64,000 bases of DNA from an uncultured delta proteobacterium (lineage in GTDB: Bacteria > Myxococcota > Myxococcia > Myxococcales > Myxococcaceae): assembly GCA_963796055.1 (NCBI GenBank), contig CAWCKH010000006.1, positions 1-64,000 of the forward strand. The letters run 5' to 3'. The translations under genes and the position numbers were made by a program. This document shows, one piece after another, positions 58,976 to 64,000 of this stretch; the stretch's first letter is position 1, and each line of letters begins with the position of its first letter. Below the pieces are notes generated by a model. That model made no database searches. It had not been told where the DNA came from and worked only from the letters and a program-made list of their open reading frames with translations.

Positions 58976-60181
58976 ATGACCTTTCCTCTCCGGCGCGGTG
59001 ATGTGGCGGCGCTGGTTCCCGGCTCGGGCGGCGCGGTCCTCCAGCTCTCCATGCGCCGGGTCCACGACCTGGTCGCCTTCTGCGCTCCCTACGAGTTCGA
59101 GGACGTGGTGGCCGAAGTCACCGGCGCCGACCGCGTCGAGATCCTTGACTACCCCGCCGTGGAGCGGGCCCGCCGTGCGTACAAGCTGGGCCGGAAGGCG
59201 CTCCGCTCTCGCCGGGTCGGGCGAGCGTTGACTCCCCGGCTGGCGGTCCCCCGCCTCACGCGGGAGTACGAGCTCTTCTTCCCGGTCTTCAACCACCCCT
59301 TCGAGCTGTTCGCGCTGGCTGCGGTTCCGGACTGGCGCGCTCGATGCCGGGCCGCGGTGTGCTTCGTCAGCGAGGTCTGGATCCAGGACCTGCCCGAGTA
59401 TCTGGTGGAGCTGCTCGCGGACTTCGACCAGGTGTTCCTCGGGGTCCAGCATCCGGTCACGGACCTGGCACGGCTCACCGGGCGACCCTGCAGCTACCTT
59501 CCGCTCGCCGCGGACGTGGTCCGCTTCTCCCCGGAGCCCGGTCCTCCGGCGAGGAGCATCGACGTCTGCAACATCGGCCGCCGGTCGGCGGTGACCCACC
59601 AGGCCCTGCTCCGCCTCGCCGCGGGGGAACGCCTGTTCTATTACTACGACACGGTGCGGGCCAGCGGGCCGGGCGACCGGCAGATGACCTTCCGGGTCGG
59701 TCACCCCGCCGAGCACCGGCTCCTGCTCGCCAGCATCCTGAAGCGAACCCGCTACTACCTCTCGTACCGCGCCCGGGTGAACGACGCCGAGCAGAGCGCG
59801 GGGAGAGAGGAGATCTCCGGTCGCTTCTACGAGGGTGCGGCCGCCGGCGCGATCCTCCTCGGGGAGCCTCCGCGCTCTGCGGAGTTCGCGCGCCAGTTCG
59901 ACTGGCCTGACGCGGTGGTTCCCCTCCCCTTCGACTCACCGGACGTGGGCGACGTCCTCGAGGCGCTGGAGCGCGAACCGCAGCGGCTCGAGCGGGCGAG
60001 CCGCACCAATGCCGAGCAGGCCGCCCTCCGCCACGACTGGCTGTACCGGCTCGAGACCGTCTTCAGCGCAGCGCACCTGCAGCCCACCGACGCGATGCGC
60101 GCTCGCCGGACGCGGCTGGCCGAGCTTGCCCGAATGGCACAGGGTGCGACGCGGGGACCGGTGAGCGCATCCTCCCGCTAG
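58976..60181 (+). CDS. Glycosyltransferase (GT-B, CgeB/Glyco_trans_1_2-like)
   Basis: LPLAAD, IDV..IGRR, RFYEGAAAG, RHDWLYRL. Confidence 0.8.
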   Translation: MTFPLRRGDVAALVPGSGGAVLQLSMRRVHDLVAFCAPYEFEDVVAEVTGADRVEILDYPAVERARRAYKLGRKALRSRRVGRALTPRLAVPRLTREYELFFPVFNHPFELFALAAVPDWRARCRAAVCFVSEVWIQDLPEYLVELLADFDQVFLGVQHPVTDLARLTGRPCSYLPLAADVVRFSPEPGPPARSIDVCNIGRRSAVTHQALLRLAAGERLFYYYDTVRASGPGDRQMTFRVGHPAEHRLLLASILKRTRYYLSYRARVNDAEQSAGREEISGRFYEGAAAGAILLGEPPRSAEFARQFDWPDAVVPLPFDSPDVGDVLEALEREPQRLERASRTNAEQAALRHDWLYRLETVFSAAHLQPTDAMRARRTRLAELARMAQGATRGPVSASSR

Positions 60182-61278
60182 GAGGCCATCGCCGCCACCT
60201 CGTCGGCCAGGGGGAGCGCCGCGGTGAGGCCCGGGGACTCGATGGCGTAGAGATGGACCAGCCCGGGCACGCCGTGCACCGAAGGTCCGTGAACCAGGAA
60301 GTCGGCCGCGGGTTCGCCGGGCCCGGTGACCTTGGGACGGATGCCGGTGTAGCCGGGCTGGAGCGCACCGGCCCGCAGGCCGGGCCAGTACCGCCGGATC
60401 GACGCATAGAAGCCGTCCGCCCGCGACTCGTCGAAGCCGTAGTCGACCGCGTCCACCCACTGCACGTCCGGCCCGAAGCGCGCCCGGCCGGCGAGGTCGA
60501 GCGTCACGTGCGTCCCCAGTCCGCCCGGGACCGGCACCGGGTAGACCAGGTGGCGAAAGGGCGACTTCCCGGAGAGCACGAAGTAGTGCGCCTTGGCATA
60601 GCGCTGGGGGGGGACGGAGTCTGGAGGGAATCCCTCGATCCGGCGCGCAACCTCCGGCGCCCAGAGCCCCGCGCAGTTGACGACCAGTCGGAACCTCACC
60701 CGCGACGGCTCGTCCCCTCCGAGCGAGAGCTCGACGCCGCCGTCGGCGAGGCGGCCGGAGAGCACTGCAGTGCCGAGGACGACCGTCGCTCCGTCGCGCT
60801 CGGCGTCCTCGCGGAGCGCGGTCATCAGCGCGTGGCTGTCGACGATGCCGGTCAGGGGGGACCAGAGGCCGCGCACCGCCGAGACCTCCGGCTCGAGCGC
60901 CCGCACCTCGCCGGCGTCCAGCCACCCGAGCTCCACCCCGTTCGCCGCGGCCGCGCTCCGGATGTGCTCCAGCGCCGCGAGCTCCTCCTCGCAGGTGGCG
61001 ACCACCAGCTTCCCCGTTCGCGCATGCGCAATTCCCCGTTCGGCGCAGTAGGCGTAGAGCGCGTCGCGACCCCGCACGCAGAGCCGCGCCTTGAGCGAGC
61101 CCGGCGGATAGTGGATGCCGGCGTGGATGACCTCCGAGTTCCGAGAGCTGGTGTGGAACCCAACGAAGCGCTCTTTTTCGATCAAGAACACTTCGCGGCC
61201 CGCACGCGCGAGTCGGCGCGCGATCGCCAACCCGATCACGCCTGCACCGATCACTCCCACATCGGCGCTGGTCGTCAC
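60178..61278 (-). CDS. FAD-dependent oxidoreductase, L-2-hydroxyglutarate oxidase (LhgO)-like
   Basis: IGAGVIG, TSSRNSEVIHAG, GTHVTLD, GIRPK, IESPGLTA. Confidence 0.9.
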   Translation of the reverse strand: MTTSADVGVIGAGVIGLAIARRLARAGREVFLIEKERFVGFHTSSRNSEVIHAGIHYPPGSLKARLCVRGRDALYAYCAERGIAHARTGKLVVATCEEELAALEHIRSAAAANGVELGWLDAGEVRALEPEVSAVRGLWSPLTGIVDSHALMTALREDAERDGATVVLGTAVLSGRLADGGVELSLGGDEPSRVRFRLVVNCAGLWAPEVARRIEGFPPDSVPPQRYAKAHYFVLSGKSPFRHLVYPVPVPGGLGTHVTLDLAGRARFGPDVQWVDAVDYGFDESRADGFYASIRRYWPGLRAGALQPGYTGIRPKVTGPGEPAADFLVHGPSVHGVPGLVHLYAIESPGLTAALPLADEVAAMAS

Positions 61279-61503
61279 CGGATCGCCGCGGTCCATGCGC
61301 GCGCGAGCCTAGCAAGTTCGACCGAGTGCACGGCACGCACGTGTGCAGTGAAGGTCGTGTGACACCGGACATGTGGGGTCACCTGCTGATCTTTTCGCGA
61401 GACATCAAACGTCTTCGATCAGCATCTCGGCAGCCGAACTGCCGAGCCTGCACTTGGCTGCCTCTCACGTGGGTCGCATCTGACCGCTTTCAATGTGGCC
61501 CCA

Positions 61504-64000
61504 ATGCGATCACCCGTCCTTCTCTCCGTCTGGTTCCTCGCTCTCGTCCTCGGCTGCACCGGAGACGTTGCCGGAGCCGGAACTCCCCCTGGCGATCTCG
61601 GTCCGTCGCTGGTCGTCTCTCCGGCCGGCAGCTCGGTTCCGGTGCGGCGATCACTGGGCTTCAGCGCGACGCGGAACGGCGCTCCGGCGGAGGTTCGCTG
61701 GTCGGTGCAGGAGCCGGCCGGAGGAACGATCGACGACTCGGGGATGTATCGCGCGCCGTCCGTGCCGGGCACCTTTCACGTGGTCGCCACGGACATCGCC
61801 AACTCCGCCCTGACCGCCACTGCGGGGGTCACCGTGACCGCCTCGACGATCCAGGTCAGCGTCACCCCGAAGAACGCGACCACGGCGGCGGGAGGCGTGG
61901 CTCAGTTCTCGGCCACGGTGTCCGGCACCTCGACCGGCGACTCCACGGCCGTGACCTGGTCCGTCCAGGAGAGCGGCGGCGGTTCGGTGGACGGCTCGGG
62001 CAGCTACACGGCCCCGGCGGCCACCGGGACCTTCCACGTGGTGGCCACGAGCGTGGCGGACCCCGGGGTGCAGGACGTGGCCACGGTGGTGGTCACCGCG
62101 GCCCCGGACGTCGCGGTGGCCATCGTCCCGGCGAGCGCATCCACGACCCCGGGCGGTGCCCTCACCTTCACTGCCCGGGTGACCGGGACCGGAGCCGGCC
62201 AGTCCACCGCGGTGACCTGGTCGGTCCAGGAGGGCGCGGGGGGCGGGAGCATCGACGCCTCGGGCCACTACATCGCGCCCGCCGGCACCGGCACCTTCCA
62301 CGTCGTGGCCACGAGCGTCGCCGACCCGACCCGGAAGGCCACGGCCGTGGTCCAGGTCGCCGCCGTCCCCGTGGTGACGGTCTCGGTGTCGCCGGATCCC
62401 ATCTCCACCCGGGTGGGAACGAGCGTCGCCTTCACCGCCACCGTCACCGGGCTCTCGGCGGGGCAGTCCTCGGCGGTGACCTGGTCGGTCCAGGAGGGCG
62501 CCTCGGGAGGCACGGTGAGCGCCTCGGGGCAGTACACCGCTCCCGCCACCGCCGGGACGTTCCACGTCGTCGCCACCAGCGTCGCCGACCCGAGCAAGTC
62601 GGACCGGGCGACGGTCACGGTCATCCCGCAGGTCTCCGTCAGCGTCAGCCCGGCCACCGCCGTGGTGCGGGCCGGAGGCTCGGTCCAGTTCTCGGCCACG
62701 GTGCAGGGGACCACGGCGGGCCAGTCCCAGGCGGTGCAATGGACGGTGCGCGAGGCAGGCGGCGGAACCGTCGACGGGACCGGGCGGTACACCGCGCCCG
62801 GCAGCGCCGGCACCTTCCACGTGCGCGCCACCAGCGCCGCCGACCCCTCGCGGAGCGCGGAGGCCACCGTCACCGTCAGCCCGCCCATCTCCGTCTCGGT
62901 GACGCCGGCGACGGCGAGCATCCCCACCGGGGGTCAGGCGACCTTCAGCGCCACCGTGAGCGGCACCGGGTCCGGGGAGTCCACCGCGGTCACCTGGTCG
63001 GTGCGGGAAGGCGCCGGCGGCGGGAGCGTCGACGGCTCGGGGCGCTACACCGCCCCGGGCAACGCCGGAACGTTCCACGTGGTTGCCACCAGCGTCGCCG
63101 ACCCTTCTCGCTCGGGGAGCGCCGTGGTCACCGTCACCGCGCCGCCGGCCATCACCGTCTCGGTGTCCCCGGCGAGCGTGTCCGTCGCCCCGGGGGGCAC
63201 GGCGACCTTCACCGCCACGGTGAGCGGGACCGGGTCCACCGCGGTGACCTGGTCGGTGCAGGAAGGCGCCGCGGGCGGGAGTGTGGACGGCTCGGGCCGC
63301 TACACCGCCCCGGGCAGCGCCGGGACCTTCCACGTGGTCGCCACCAGCGTCGCCGACCCCTCTCGCGCGGGGAGCGCCCTGGTCACGGTCACCGCGCCGC
63401 CGGCGATCACCGTCTCGGTGTCCCCGGCGAGCGTGTCCCTCAGCCCGGGGAGCACGACGACCTTCACCGCCACGGTGAGCGGGACCGGTTCCGGGCAGTC
63501 CACCGCGGTGACCTGGTCGGTGCAGGAAGGCGCGGCGGGCGGGACCATCGACGCCTCGGGCCGCTACACCGCGCCCGGCACGACCGGGACCTTCCACGTG
63601 ATCGCGACGAGCGTCGCCGATCCGTCACGGCGAGGCACGGCGACCGCCGGGGTGACCTCTCCCTCGGGGATCCTCTCCCCCGACCGCCTCACGGTCTGGA
63701 ACCCCGGGGTGTCGGGAGGCATCCCCAACCGGACGACGGTGTGCCGGACGGTGAACTCGCCGGGCAGCTCCGACGCCACCGCCCTCATCCAGGCGGCCAT
63801 CGACGCCTGTCCCGCAGGCCAGGTGGTGCAGCTTGGCCCGGGAACCTTCACCATCGGCACCACCGGGGGCTACCTCCTCATCAACAAGGGCATCACCCTG
63901 CGCGGCGCCGGGCCGGGACAGACCACCCTCCAGAAGACCAACGGCGCCAAGCCGGGGAACGAGCAGCCCGGGCCCAACCCCTCCCCCATCGTCATCATCG
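61504..64000 (+). CDS. Large lipoprotein: 8 Ig-like repeats, then the start of a pectate-lyase-like beta-helix; partial, and absent from the ORF track
   Basis: MRSPVLLSVWFLALVLGC lipobox; repeats with VTWSV.EG..GG.....G.YTAP...GTFHV.ATS; then DATALIQAAIDACPAGQVVQLGPGTF...ITLRGAG. Confidence 0.88.
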   Translation, partial: MRSPVLLSVWFLALVLGCTGDVAGAGTPPGDLGPSLVVSPAGSSVPVRRSLGFSATRNGAPAEVRWSVQEPAGGTIDDSGMYRAPSVPGTFHVVATDIANSALTATAGVTVTASTIQVSVTPKNATTAAGGVAQFSATVSGTSTGDSTAVTWSVQESGGGSVDGSGSYTAPAATGTFHVVATSVADPGVQDVATVVVTAAPDVAVAIVPASASTTPGGALTFTARVTGTGAGQSTAVTWSVQEGAGGGSIDASGHYIAPAGTGTFHVVATSVADPTRKATAVVQVAAVPVVTVSVSPDPISTRVGTSVAFTATVTGLSAGQSSAVTWSVQEGASGGTVSASGQYTAPATAGTFHVVATSVADPSKSDRATVTVIPQVSVSVSPATAVVRAGGSVQFSATVQGTTAGQSQAVQWTVREAGGGTVDGTGRYTAPGSAGTFHVRATSAADPSRSAEATVTVSPPISVSVTPATASIPTGGQATFSATVSGTGSGESTAVTWSVREGAGGGSVDGSGRYTAPGNAGTFHVVATSVADPSRSGSAVVTVTAPPAITVSVSPASVSVAPGGTATFTATVSGTGSTAVTWSVQEGAAGGSVDGSGRYTAPGSAGTFHVVATSVADPSRAGSALVTVTAPPAITVSVSPASVSLSPGSTTTFTATVSGTGSGQSTAVTWSVQEGAAGGTIDASGRYTAPGTTGTFHVIATSVADPSRRGTATAGVTSPSGILSPDRLTVWNPGVSGGIPNRTTVCRTVNSPGSSDATALIQAAIDACPAGQVVQLGPGTFTIGTTGGYLLINKGITLRGAGPGQTTLQKTNGAKPGNEQPGPNPSPIVII

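Noticed and set aside
61330..61348. GGCACG...TGC as a sigma54 promoter
   Set aside because: GG-to-GC spacing is one base too long for the -24/-12 consensus

Overview
High-GC DNA whose gene content and order point to a myxobacterium (Myxococcales/Anaeromyxobacter-like; inferred from gene families, no search run). The first 35.7 kb is mostly housekeeping: a partial tRNA-Gly, a DUF72-FAH-maiA-hppD-hmgA tyrosine catabolism operon, a radical SAM gene with a LexA-like operator, an M13 peptidase, serC/DUF1015, an ScfR/RamB-type regulator, pepA, pyrF, a DsbA-like protein, lpxC, yebC-ruvCAB, dsbD, iscSUA-hscBA-fdx and tRNA-Leu(CAG). Directly after tRNA-Leu begins a surface-polysaccharide region of at least 28 kb. 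Its export genes follow the myxobacterial order OPX, beta-barrel, receiver, PCP, and are followed by a pseudokinase, Wzx and a nucleotide-sugar cassette. The priming transferase lies on the same strand as, and directly upstream of, a carrier-protein module: ACP, acyl-CoA dehydrogenase, SerRS-like amino acid:carrier-protein ligase, DUF1839, GH2 and a fused alpha/beta-hydrolase, with an Sfp-type PPTase adjacent. The strongest candidate for an undescribed system is this module acting as a thiotemplated amino-acid-derived decoration pathway for the polysaccharide. Other notable signals are a four-unit inverted repeat array at 19.1-19.4 kb, a 51-aa insertion in IscS, a lost stop codon in the dehydrogenase, two gene remnants, and an 8x Ig-repeat beta-helix lipoprotein running off the window end. 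Coordinates were read by eye, and start codons are best estimates.
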